Below, one piece after another: positions 14,742 through 27,322 of a stretch of 64,000 nucleotides of DNA. The DNA comes from Octopus vulgaris. Lineage: Eukaryota. Made by a program: the position numbers and the translations under genes. Within the stretch, counting starts at the first letter, position 1. Every line of letters begins with the position of its first letter. The notes beneath the pieces were generated by a model. It had not been told where the DNA came from. It saw only the letters and a list, made by a program, of their open reading frames with translations, and did no database searches. The DNA lies in assembly GCA_951406725.2 (NCBI GenBank), contig OX597818.1:37510001-37574000 (forward strand), given 5' to 3'.

Positions 14742-15200
14742 CGTAAGACTAATATACTTAGCCTGCTAATGCTCAAGAGAAATGCATGAACCACATGAAT
14801 TACCGTTTCTTTTTTTTTTTTTTTATAAATCTGAGACATTGTGTTTATGTAAGAAATCAATGATTTTTTCATTTCGTGACACAATTAATTAAGGAATAAT
14901 TCAGCTCCATCACAAACATTTCACGGGGTTCTTGAGAATTATTGGTCTGACTGAGTAGATAATTACCGTTGTGGGAGTATTTGATTAAATGAAACGTTTG
15001 ACTGACAGCTTAATGTTTCTCGTAGAAATAATTATAATTATCAAAGGCTAATTAGTTTAGTTAAGCAGTTAAACTTGTTGCTTTTAATCTCATATCATAT
15101 CTTTTTCTGAAAACATTTGAAGTTACCAATTCACTCGTTCATTCTGTCTATAAGCTCTTCACATTTATCTTTAGATGAATATTTTGTATGTATCTGTCCG

Positions 15201-15237
<37 letters not shown>

Positions 15238-15354
15238 AAGTCTTTATCTTTCTCTTTGTTAGTTCTTTGAAAGTATCTATTCCTCTATATCTCTCTACAA
15301 CTCTATATCTACCCACTCATCTATCTATAACTATCTGTCCATTACTAAATCTAT

Positions 15355-15386
15355 GTATCTATGTATGTATGTATGTATGTACATAT

Positions 15387-15482
<96 letters not shown>

Positions 15483-15507
15483 CTATCTATCTATCTATCT
15501 ATCTATT
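15355..15507. repeat. (TATG)n/(TCTA)n microsatellite
   Basis: Direct reading. Confidence 0.95.
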
Positions 15508-15966
15508 TGTTGTTGGGTATTTAATATCTTTAGTTTATGTTTATCGTCTATTTTATAGATGGATTCAATTTCAGTAGAACGTTCGAATGCAATATACTTT
15601 TCATTTCACCTGCCGTGTCGAGATAATACCAACTGTTTATGCCTCACACTTGTATATCAGGGTCGAACCTGAGATTGTGTGGTACTTAAACATTTCTCTT
15701 TGCTATTACAGATATAATTAGAGACACATTCGCACAATCAGACCTAATATATAAACACCAGCAACTGAAAGAATAGTGATATATTCCTGTGATACTTGTA
15801 CTGATTCTACACATTGAAGTTGTGGGCAGCGAACCAAACTGGACCTGGTGAAAGCAACGGACATATTTCGCTCTAATTAAACCTCCTTAGCGAAGCAGGT
15901 TTTCATCATTTGGCAGGACTAAGTAAAATATGCTTCGTTTATACATTCTTTCTCTTTCCTCTTCTC

Positions 15967-16033
<67 letters not shown>

Positions 16034-16214
16034 ATTGGTTCTCTTGTTGCAGACGACAGATGATGGGTTGAAGGTTCCGCAATTTCTTGCCGAATAACCA
16101 GCACAGATAATTTGTTTATAGTGATCAAACGTTTGTGCTGTACATTAACCCCCTGCTCTCCATCAAATCGGCATTCCCTGTAGAGGCGCACTACGTCAGA
16201 TTTCGAAGGGATTG

Positions 16215-16330
16215 CAAAGAAACATGAAATAAATTGTTTTGCTCAAGAACACGACGTAGCGCCCTACGCAGGAATCGAAACCAGTATTATGCGATTGCGA
16301 GTCCAACACCCAAACCACGAGGCCACGCAA
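16215..16330 (-). mobile_element. Degenerate head of SINE family C
   Basis: GTGGCCTCGTGG...GGACTCGCAATCG...GGTTTCGATTCC...TTCTTGAGCAAAAC, similar to the head of the 54519-54906 copy. Confidence 0.55.
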
Positions 16331-16377
16331 CCGCACGCACGCAAGATTTAAGTACGAACTGGGTGGACTTTGTTTCA

Positions 16378-16412
16378 CTGATGAGACCTAATATGATCGA
16401 AACATGCATGTT
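16378..16412 (+). ncRNA. Degenerate minimal hammerhead motif
   Basis: CUGAUGA-GACC(UAAUAU)GAUC-GAAA-CAUGCAUG-UU; core and palindromic stem III are present, proximal stem I does not pair. Confidence 0.45.
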
Positions 16413-16566
16413 ACTGTCACCGGTTTGTTTAAAACTGTTTCTCAATTATTTTTTACCTATGGACTCCTTTGATTCCTATTCTACTCGGATTTACGCTCCT
16501 AGCCATTTGATGCTTGAAAGAAAATCTATATTATATTTTTATAATTAAATATTAAGAATTGATATT

Positions 16567-16729
16567 AGGCGCAGGAGTGGCTGTGTAGTAAGTAGCTTGC
16601 TAACCAACCACATGGTTCCGGGTTCAGTCCCACTGCGTGGCAACTTGGGCAAGTGTCTTCTGCTATAGCCTCGGGCCGACCAATGCCTTGTGAGTGGATT
16701 TGGTAGATGGAATCTGAAAGAAGCCTGTC

Positions 16730-16783
<54 letters not shown>

Positions 16784-17000
16784 ATGTGTTTGTGTGTCTG
16801 TGTTTGTCTCCCTAGCATTGCTTGACAACCGATGCGGGTGTGTTTACGTCCCCGTCACTTAACGGCTCGGCAAAAGAGACCGATAGAATAAGTACTGGGC
16901 TTACAAAGAATAAGTCCCGGGGTCGATTTGCTCGACTAAAGGCGGTGCTCCAGCATGGCCGCAGTCAAATGACTGAAACAAGTAAAAGAGTAAAAGAGTA
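16567..17000 (+). mobile_element. SINE family B, full length
   Basis: A and B boxes, CORE-like TTGGGCAAGTGTCTT, internal (TA)n(TG)n, tail (GTAAAAGA)2. Confidence 0.92.
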
Positions 17001-17319
17001 ATTGTATTTAAAAATATTAGTTTTCAAATACAATTACTTAGAAATATTTTGTGTATTGTAGAAGTTTAATCAATTTATTGTAGATAAATTTTACCAACAA
17101 AATCTTATATGGACTCCCAAGAGCCACACTGACCCCAATTAAGAATCACCGGTTTAAAAGACAAAATTCACTTTGATGTTTTCATTTTCCAAAGGAAATC
17201 AACTGACGAATCATACTGGAGTTTTATACTTGATATCTATCTTTCTGTCTACCTGCTTGCCTGCCTGTGTCTATCTATCTATCTATCTTATTTGCAAAAA
17301 AAAAAAAAAAAAGAAATAT

Positions 17320-17638
17320 AACATGTGACTTCATTGACCGAGGTTACCGTGGTCTTTTCCGTAGGCTTTTCCTTCCGCGGGTAAACTTCACCTGTCCTCC
17401 CCTTTACACTTCATATTGACATTTCTGTGATTACGATCCCTATTGATCAACTTTTTTTTCCTCCCCCCTTTTCTCCCCTCCCCTTTTTAAAAAATCCTCC
17501 CCTTTTTTTGTCCCCTTTCTTTCCTTTTACGATCCCTTTTGATCGAAAACCAACCCCCTTTTTTTTACCCCCAAAAGAAAAGCTCTACCTTGTAATTTGT
17601 TCTGTCTGTGTGCAGCCCTGTGTGGCTAATAAAGAAAC
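17320..17638 (+). mobile_element. Probable 3' UTR of an L1/Tx1-like LINE
   Basis: Pyrimidine-rich tract ending GTGCAGCCCTGTGTGGCTAATAAAGAAAC, with AATAAA at the terminus; resembles the young SINE-A tail. Confidence 0.45.
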
Positions 17639-18096
17639 ATATCTATATTGAGATATTACACTCAGTATGTATCTATCTGTTTTACACATTACGCATCTCT
17701 AAATAGTTAAAAGTGTTTTTTTGTTTTTGTTTTTTATAGCACGTTTTCCGATACTGCATAAGCGAGGCTAGCGTGTGCATATTCCACTGAAAGCAAGTTA
17801 TCTGTATTTCTTATAGTTCTTTCTATATATGCTAATCACCTATCGGCTATTCAACCAGCTTATTATTGGTGAAGCGAATTCCTGGTCAACTTGATCTTCA
17901 GTAATTGTGATTAATCAGACAACAAAGAGTTTCATTGCAAATATATATATTTATATACGAAAACTTCCTTCTAAAAGTTTCTCCTTATTCTGTTTTTCAA
18001 TGATTTTTTTTTAGTAAGAATTTATAATAAAATTTTTCTTGAAATATTCTGATTGTATGAAGCATCTTTTGCAAAACATTTATATTTTAAATGTAT

Positions 18097-18470
18097 GCAG
18101 GGATGGCTGTGTGGTAAGAAACTCCCTTCCCAACTACATAGTTTCGGGTTCAGTTCCACTGCGTTGCACCTTGCGCAAGTGTCTTCTACTCTAGTTCTAG
18201 GCCAACAAAAGCGTTGTGAGTATATTTGGCGGACGGAAACTGAAAGAAGCGTGTCGTATATATCTGTGTATCTGTGTATGTTTGTCCCCCACCGGCGCTT
18301 GACAACCGGTGTTGGTTTGGTAACGTCCTTGTAACAAAAAGAATTCGACAGAATAAGTACCAGGCTTAAATAAAAAAAATAATAAACCCTGGGGTCAATT
18401 TGTTCGACTAAACCCTTCAAGAAGGAGTCCCAGCATAGCCGCACGCAGTTCAGTGACTGAAACAAGTAAT
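18097..18470 (+). mobile_element. SINE family B (diverged)
   Basis: Homologous to family B. Confidence 0.85.
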
Positions 18471-19494
18471 GAATAACGGATGAAGATATAACCCACACCA
18501 AAAAGAAAATATGGTTGGATTCAACTAATATTAATCTCTTAGTAATTTGTCGATATTGGTAGGGATGCCGGTCATGTTGACATTTCTGACGAAATGACAC
18601 GCGAGGTAGAAAATGAGTGATTTTCGTGTTCTAGTTATTAATTAATTCATTTGGAAATCCCACATTGAAATGTCAGTCAGTCAGCCATATGGAGATATTT
18701 TTACATAGTTTTACAACTTCTCTTTCCGCTGTAGTTTATCGCGGCTGGGTCCGTTGTTGCTTCTCATTTTGTTCATGATGCGTAGAATTTATTCATTCTT
18801 CACTCAATGTCTGTGAAGCCATGGTGACTGCTTGTATGAAATCGATAAAAAAAAAGAAGGGGAGAACCCAACAAAACACTAAAAAAAAAAGCCCCAAAAC
18901 AAATAGACGTGTAGTAAACCAACAAAAGAGAACAGTGATTGTTTAATAACAAAATGAATATGACTAATGGCGATGACGAAAAAATAAACCAACTGCATTT
19001 GTCTTACATCCCATTACTCCTACTTGAACAGCTTTTTACCAACACCCGATGTTATTGTATCGATCGCTGTCGTCATCACCACCACCACCACCATCACCGC
19101 CGCCGCCGTCAATAATATGACTATATCAATAAAGAATTATTTCTGTTCCTCGGATACAGAATCTAATATCCTTTTGTTGGGTACTGAAACATTTTAAACT
19201 TAGCAGGTAACTGTGCGTCAGCATATCTAACGCACAGAACATTTAAAAGAAAGGGGGAAAAAAAGAAAGAAAAAGCTAAACTAGTGAGCAATAGTTAGCG
19301 CATCGGACAAAATGCTTAGTGGTATTTCATCTGCTTCTTTACATTTTGAGTTTCAATTTCAAAGTTAACTTTGCCTTTCCTTCTTTTGGAGTCGATAAAA
19401 ATAAAGTACCAGTTGTAATCGACTAGTCCCCGCCCCACTCACCTAAAATTACTGGCTTTTTACCAAAATACGAAACCATTATTATTATTATTTA

Positions 19495-19908
19495 GGCGGC
19501 GAGCTGGCAGCAGCGTTAGCACGCCGGGCGAAATGCTTCGCGGTATTTCGTCTGCCGTTACGTTGTGAGTTCAAATTCCGCCGAGGTCGACTTTGCCTTT
19601 CATCTTTTCGGAGTCGATAAATTAAGCACCAGTTATGCACTGGGGTCGATGTAATCGACTTAATACCTATGTCTGTCCTTGTTTGTCCCCTCTGTGTTTA
19701 GACCCTTGCGGGTAGTAAAGAAATAGGTATTTCGTCTGCCGCTACGTTCTGAGTTTAAATTCCGCCGAGGTCGACTTTGCCTTTCATCCTTTCGTGGTCG
19801 ATAAATTAAGTAACAGTTACGCACTGAGGTCGATATAATCGACTTAATCCTTTTGTCTGTCCTTGTTTGTCCCCTCTATGCTTAGCCCTTGTGGGCAATA
19901 AAGAAATA
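19495..19908 (+). mobile_element. SINE family A dimer; an older copy lies directly upstream (19280-19480)
   Basis: Head plus two body/tail units joined at AAAGAAATA|GGTATTTCGTC. Confidence 0.9.
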
Positions 19909-20239
19909 AGAAATAAATTAACCTACGAATTAAGTAACATTTCTATATATTAGGTTAGCAATTTGTTCCATTTCGGTAAAATAAGTTATCTTCCCGCTGT
20001 TGACACTTAAAAAATGTTCCACCTTTTTTCCCGATTAGGCAACGAGGCAACGATTTGTCTAGGATACTAGAAACCATACTGGAGATTTTTATCGCTAAGT
20101 CGGTGATCCTGGATGTGACCAACTGTAAATGTGAAATTGTTCTTTCAAAACTAATAGTAAAAAAAAAACAGTGACAGGGTATTTTTAAACGTCTAAAGAC
20201 ATTCCTAGGAACATTATATTCATTAGTATTAATAGTAGG

Positions 20240-20900
20240 TGAGTGGAATGACGTTTCTGACGCACGCAGGGATTGTGTGTGAGAAGATAGGAGGAAGAGT
20301 GCAAGTCTCGCAGACCTGTTCAGCTAGATACCGAGTTGATTTTTCTCAATTCGTAACTATGAATTTGGGAAAGCTGCATAGATATTCGAGTTGCACTTAG
20401 TATTTTCAAGTCACTGATATATTCAGTGTAAGTTCTTCATAGTTTTAGGTAGACTGTTATCGGGTCACGAATTCGTGATGTGCAAAATTATGTTAGATAA
20501 GACCAACAGACGAGGACTCGGTTAATGGAAGTTAAACTCACCTTTCCTAGCATGGAAGAAATTCAGGAGCCAGATTAGCAGAGTAAATTGAAATTGCCGA
20601 GACCCTTGCGAACAACGGATAATGGATCTCGCTAAAGAGAAATTAGAACAGTAACTACTAGCTTTATCAAAGAAAGAGCGGGACTGAGAAAAGTAGAAGA
20701 GAGAACTAATCAGCTAGTTAGAAAAAGTACATAGAATAGTCATTTCAATTGTATTATCGGTGAGATTGGCTTACGACCATTTCTCTGACGTGAAGTGTGA
20801 GAGATGTATTGTTTGCATTGGAGCATGTGTGATGAAACGGGGAGACGAATCTATTCGATGGACTCAAATATCAGAAGCACAATATGATAGGAACACACAA
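20240..20900 (+). pseudogene. Decayed L1/Tx1 ORF2 fragment (end of the APE domain)
   Basis: GHEFVMCKIMLDKTNRRGLG*WKLNSPFL (WKLN at 20526-37) matches the SDH...GxGYWKLNxSLL signature. Confidence 0.6.
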
Positions 20901-21014
20901 GGACTTATGTATTACTTCTAAAAACAGAAATATGCCTTGAAGATAGATGAGGAACACTTAATTCGACCATTCTTGTTTTATTCTTTCTATAAAATTCCAA
21001 TGATAAATGGTTCT

Positions 21015-21429
21015 TATTTCTTTACTGCCCACAAGGGGCTACACACAGAGGGGGCATACAAGGACAGACAAAAGGATTAAGTCGATTACGTCGACTCCAG
21101 TGCGTAACTGGTACTTATTTAATCAATCCCGAAAGGATGAAAGGCAAAGTCGACCTCGGCGGAATTTGAACTCAGAACGTAGCGGCAGACGAAATACCTA
21201 TTTCTTTACTACCCACAAGGGGCTAAACACAGAGAGGACAAACAAGGACAGACAAACGGATTAAGTCGATTATATCGACCCCAGTGCGTAACTGGTACTT
21301 ATTTAATCGACCCCGAAAGGATGAAAGGCGAAGTCGACCTCAGCGGAATTTGAACTCAGAACGTAACGGCAGACGAAATACCGCTGAGCATTTCGCCCGG
21401 CGTGCTAACGTTTCTGCCAGCTCGCCACC
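21015..21429 (-). mobile_element. SINE family A dimer
   Basis: Same internal junction as the other dimers. Confidence 0.9.
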
Positions 21430-21441
21430 ATGTAATGGGAT

Positions 21442-21559
21442 GATTACAGCACCTAGGTTTCCCAAGCGGTCACCCATCTAAGTACTAACTAGGCTCGATG
21501 CTGCTTAACTTCGGTGATCGAACGAGAGCCGGTGCTTTCAACGTGATATGGCCCTAAAA
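21442..21559 (-). pseudogene. Solitary 5S rRNA copy, probably a pseudogene
   Basis: Minus strand GGCCATATCACGTTGAAAGCACCGGCTCTCGTTCGATCACCGAAGTTAAGCAGC...TTAGTACTTAGATGGGTGACCGCTTGGGAAACCTAGGTGCTGTAATC matches metazoan 5S, including the internal control region. The first six bases are degenerate and there is no downstream T-run terminator. Confidence 0.88.
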
Positions 21560-21989
21560 GTAAAAAAGATTCATCCAGCTTCAAAATACAAAATCTCTTG
21601 AAATACTTTAATTCTTTATTTTCTTAACTTCACTCGTTTAACAAATGATTACAACTGCTGTAACTAAAAAGACTTATCAGTCCGCCTCACGATCCCGGCG
21701 GACAAAATGGAAAAGACGTTGCCTTAGTGAATGACAAGGAAGACACGCTGGAACAACCACTCCGACTTACGAGGCTCGCACTTATGGATAGCCATATCTG
21801 CCCTGATAGCAGCGAATAGGGATGAACATAGATGTTTTGAACATTACATGTATATTTTAATCAATTCAATAAAAAACGAAATCTATAAATAAGTTAAGCT
21901 TCATAGAAAATTAAGGGAAAGATTAATTATAGTTTATAGTCCCTTTTTCGTACGTGGACGCATTCTCAATACCTACAGAGAAAATACAT

Positions 21990-22250
21990 AGGCGTAGGCG
22001 TGGCTGTGTGGTAAGAAGCTTGCTTCTCAACCGCATGGTTCCGAGTTCAGTTCCACTGTGTGGCCCTTTGGGCGTCTACTATAACCTCGTGCCAACCAAA
22101 GCTTTGTGAGTGGATTTAGTGGACGGAAACCTGAAGAATACCGTCGTACGTACGTACGTATGTATGTATGTATGTATGTACGTACGTACGTACGTATGTA
22201 TGTACGTACGTACGTACGTATGTACGTACGTATGTATGTATGTATGTATG
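21990..22250 (+). mobile_element. SINE family B 5' half ending in an expanded (TACG)/(TATG) microsatellite
   Basis: A and B boxes and body, then the repeat. Confidence 0.85.
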
Positions 22251-22251
22251 T

Positions 22252-22522
22252 ATTTCGTTTTTGGATTTGGTTTGCAAGATTCTTTATGCGAGTTCATGTG
22301 TTGAAGCATATTCTGTTGTGTCTGGAGAGAATCATTTTCTTTTTGTGCTTTATAATTTAACACATTCACCGGTAATATTTCCACTAGTCAAGACTATTGA
22401 AAAGGCTGCAAGACGCAACGAAAATTTTAAGAAAATAAAAATAAGGAATAAGTGGAAATTTTACGGGTGAGTGTGTTAAATTATAAGGCACAAAAAGAAA
22501 ATGACTCTCCCCAGACACAACA
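22252..22522. mobile_element. Short repeat family E (Penelope pseudo-LTR-like) in foldback arrangement
   Basis: 22313-22385 is inverted at 22451-22522; simple copies at 46515-46714 and 54055-54252. Confidence 0.8.
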
Positions 22523-22573
22523 GTATATATATATATATATATAAAAATATATATATATATATATACATACATA

Positions 22574-22666
22574 CAGGGTGGCCCAAAAGTAGGTTTAGAG
22601 TTATCACGTAGGCACTTTAAATTTCTTTTAAAACATTTTATTACATTTAAATTTCTATCTTACAAA
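22574..22666 (+). mobile_element. Left half of the Tc1/mariner MITE seen complete at 57381
   Basis: TA-CAGGGTGGCCCAAAAGTAGGTTT; matches 57381-57473; fused to a SINE-B 3' half. Confidence 0.85.
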
Positions 22667-23191
22667 CTGCTTGATAACCGGTGTTAGTGTGTTTATGTCA
22701 CCGTTACTTAGTGGTTCGGGAAAAAGAACAGGTTAAATAGTACCAGGCTTAAAAAAAAAGTTAGTACTGAGGTCGATTCATTCGACTAAACATTTTTCAA
22801 GACTGTGCCCCGGCATGGCCGCAGTCTAATGACAGAAACAAGTAAAAGATAAAAGATATTTGTTCAACGCAGTTGAATTTAACATATTTACATATTTACT
22901 TTACTAATTCTTACAGTACATATTTTATATATATGTTAAATTTTCAACATTCACCCGAGCACCACGTCGACAAATTGAAGTGTGACCTTTAAATGAAAAA
23001 TGGTTCCCCCCATCATTATCTTCGGCTGTTATGTATATCATGTAAATATCATCAGAGTAAGTGTCAGATATATCATTCCCACCACAGTATCATCACCACC
23101 GCATGACCCATTAAAACTACCTATGCATTCAACACCATTGACTTTACTACTACTACTACTACTACTACTACTAATAATAATAATAATAATA

Positions 23192-23745
23192 AATGCCCTG
23201 ATGCAGTACCAAGCAGTGGCTCTCGTGGCTTCTGATCTTAACTGATTGAAAGTATTATCTAAATTGTTTTGTCTTGGTATAAAAGATGGGCTACAACAAA
23301 TATTCTGCTCAATACCACAGATTTGCTTGTCAGTTGTTTGACCTTAACCAGTTGACCATGTCCCTTGGTGGCTGACGATATGTGCATCTCTGACCACGAG
23401 CAGAAGTAGTGGGAGAGCATCATAGCCATGTGTTGAGAGGGATTCTTTGGGGCTTGAATAATTCAACTCTGGAAACATGGGTGGTTTGTTCAACATCCTT
23501 AAACAACCCTTATTCAAGGACCTCTTGAGTGGGATGGGTTATTCGACCTGAAGAAATTCTAACTGGGCCTCACCTGCAAGGTCATGCGCTTTTTATCTTG
23601 ATATGAGACCACCATGTCGCGCACATTTGGTTGTGATGCATGTGCCTGGTGTACCCTTATCAGTCGGGTGTGTCATGATGGGTATACTGGGCTTCGTATA
23701 TTTTACCCCAGTGTTACTTTGATGGCATGCACTGCTCTCTCACTC
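23192..23745 (+). mobile_element. 554-bp element flanked on both sides by (TAA)n, probably a retroposed 3' end
   Basis: Complex sequence with sharp junctions to (AAT)n at both ends; no TIRs. Confidence 0.6.
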
Positions 23746-25114
23746 AATAATAATAATAATAAGAAGAAGAAGAAGAATAAGAAGAAGAAGAAGAAGAAGA
23801 AGAAAAAGAAGGCGAATACCACTACTATATGTCGATGAAGGAGCTTCTACGCTGTCACACGACCTGTTACAGTTGGTCTCTGGGAGGAGGGGATGCAGTC
23901 AATACCATCCACCCCTGTACTTAACTGATACTTTATTTTATTGGCCTTAGAGGGGTGAAAGGTAATGTTGACCTCGGCAGGATTTGAACTCAGAACTGGA
24001 ACTGGAGAAAATGTCACAAAGCAACTATTCTTTCACTCACTGCCATACAGTTTGCTATCATTTAAATTTCTTTCCAGTTATATAACACCGAGCAGAAATG
24101 AAGACGGATGGTCACGGACTGAATTCCCTTGGACATCATCGGTGGCGAAAAGAAGTGAAACCTGCTTGCATGGGTAACTCTTTTATCTCTTCACGCAGAA
24201 ACACACATAATTGACTCACCAGAAAGGGACGACTCTACACAAATCAAATTTTAAGGATTTAAAAAATTACTAACATAAATAATCTGAGTTTAAATTCCGC
24301 TGAGATTACTTTGTATTTCATCCTTCGGTTGTCGATAAATATAATACGAGAAATATAGTACGAATTCATGGCGGTTGGACTGATGAAATTTGGTAGAGTA
24401 TCAAACACGCTGCCTTGCGTTATATGTTCCCGCGCTTTGCATTCTGACGACAACAGTAGCGACGACACTGTTGACATGTCATGTGCATCGGTCTTTCCCT
24501 TGGACAACATCGGTGGCGAAAAGAAGTGAGACCTGCATGCATGGGTAACTCTTAGCCTTCCACAAGAAACAATGCCCAAACCTGAACACTGAAGAGTTAT
24601 TTCACGGGTGTAGATACTTAATCGACTATAACAGACAACAAAAGGCATTGATACACACACACACACACATATATATGTAAACAACACTATTTTCAAAATT
24701 TCAACATAGATATAAAACGATTGTAACAACAACGGCGAAAAAAAAAAAAAGAAATTATGTTACTATCTTCTTTTCTAATAGTTGTACAAAAAATAAAAAA
24801 TCCAACGCCTTACATACAAAAATAAACCTCATAAGCATAAACTGAATCATAATTGTTCAGGAAACATGTTACAACCATAATATCAGGCACAATAAATTTC
24901 TAATTGCACTCCGATAAAGTTGAACAAAGGAGGCTTCATAACACAAAAATACGCATTCAGTACATAAACACTACGAGAGCACTCTAAACCTATTTTCCAA
25001 ATAGACAGACTTTCAAGACAAAACCAGCAACACGAAGCACCTATATATATATATATGTAATTTAATAAATTAAATATATACATACATACATATATGTACG
25101 TAAATACATCTACA

Positions 25115-25156
<42 letters not shown>

Positions 25157-25644
25157 TAATAATAAATATTAGGGAATAAATCCAAATTTACAGGGCGAAT
25201 TATATTATATATATAAATATATATATATATGAGTACAGGACACCACAAATAAACGTAGAACTCAACGAGAAACGAAAACATAAGAACAAACTAGGAAACG
25301 GACTTTTTTAACAACGGAAAAACAGAATACAAGACAAACAATACAAGGAATATTCCCCTTCATCAGCTGTCCCTGGTTCGACTCAATGCGTGTTTCGAAG
25401 GTAAGGACAGAACACGAACCGTCGAACCAATCCTTCCTGCAAAAGAATTAAATAAAATTCCTTTGCAGAGGGGTAAAAACAAGGAAAGAAAAAATGTGAC
25501 AAGAACAGGACGTAAAATCAATACAAATACAAATAAAAATACAAAATAAAAATACAAATACAAAAAGATACAGTACACATAATGAATAAAAACAGGACAA
25601 TGAAACCAACATTGAGGGCTATTTTTTAAGCCTAGACGATGGAA

Positions 25645-25771
<127 letters not shown>

Positions 25772-25827
25772 AGAGAGAGAGAGAGAGGAAGAGAAAGGGA
25801 GAGATAGATTAATGGATGGATGGATAG

Positions 25828-25873
<46 letters not shown>

Positions 25874-26119
25874 GCCCCCAAAGCATACACGCTTTAACAT
25901 CATATAACTCAATTTTCGTTTATTTTTACGATTTGACCCATTAAAAAAGGTTTAGCTTTGGACAAAGGAAATATACCCTAAAGTGCCCTAGGTAGTTTGA
26001 AAACCAATCGAAGCGCAAAAGTAGGTTAGGAGGGAGTTTCAAACAGATCAACCTGCACGACTTACCATCACTCGAATTTGGGTTAAGTTCACAATGTCCA
26101 CAAGAAACGGTCTTGAAGA

Positions 26120-26643
26120 CCATAATTATCGACGAGCCTCACAAAGTAAGAAAGAGTACCAGAAACATATTACCAGAGTTGAAAAAATTCTGTGAGGTAA
26201 GCAAGTTGTGAGATAAGTATTTCAAAATCAAGCATTCATCGCTTGTTGAAGCGCTGTCGTTGGAAAAGTTACATTCCAAGAATAGTACATGCTCTCAATG
26301 AAGGTAGTCTGGACGGAAGAGTGGGGTTTTGCAAATGGTATTTGGTAAGATGTGTAGATGTACACTTTGCAACAAAGATTGTTTGGAGTAATGAGGCCAC
26401 ATTTAGATTAAATGGTTCAATTAGCCGCCATAATTGTACCTACTGGTGACCTAGGAACCAGCGTATTATTGAGTAACATCATGTTAATTTACTGAGTTTT
26501 AGTAGTGCCTAGAACAGAACAGTCATCAGTTTGAAATAAAATTGTATCTGTAGGTTCTATGGAATTTTGAAAATGAAGTAATTTAATAAACACTGACTTT
26601 ATAATCATTTAATGCATGTATGCCTTCCTTCGAGTCACCATGT
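26120..26643 (+). pseudogene. Tc1/mariner transposase remnant
   Basis: RVGFCKW...[24 protein letters not shown] matches the WSDEATFxLNGxVNRHN pattern; ends in a TIR-like CACCATG-TA. Confidence 0.75.
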
Positions 26644-27236
26644 ATATGTATATATGAACTCATAATACTGTCCCAGCAGATTATAAGCTCTAGCTACGTC
26701 TCTTAACACTCCAAAGAACCACCATCGGGAAACAATTCATTGCACAAAACATCCTGGTTTTCATATAAAACAGATAACACAACATCAGTTGAATTTTTTT
26801 TTTTGCTTCTCGAGCAACCCACGCCACCACGCATAAATACCTTACCAAGTTAACTACTACAGTTCTTCGCAAGATATCTGATCCACACACCTAGCTACGT
26901 CAATTACTTTGCAAACAATTCCCCCAACTTTCCTCTGATCCCCGTAACCATTATATTGATAATTCACTGAAACATTAATAAAAAAATAAAAGCACTTCAA
27001 AACCTCAGTGGAACCAGATCAAAACGAGAAGACTTAGAGGAAATGTGGGTGAAAAAGCGAGATAGAAATAAAGGTTGTAATTGATTGGAGAGATGGCAGA
27101 AGGTAATATGGCAGAGTAAATAAGGTAGGGTGGGGGTATATTTGGTGTAATGAGATGAGAAAGACAGATAGAAGACAGAACGAGGAAATCAAAGAAGTAG
27201 GCAGATAGGACAGATAGGATTACAGATAATAGGTAT

Positions 27237-27322
<86 letters not shown>

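Noticed and set aside
18022-18600. 192-aa ORF
   Set aside because: Mostly antisense translation of a SINE-B copy.
25345-25415. Possible type II (permuted) hammerhead on the minus strand: CCUUC-GAAAC...GUC...CUGAUGA-AGGGG
   Set aside because: Stem I cannot be formed and stem III has a mismatch; core words alone are insufficient.
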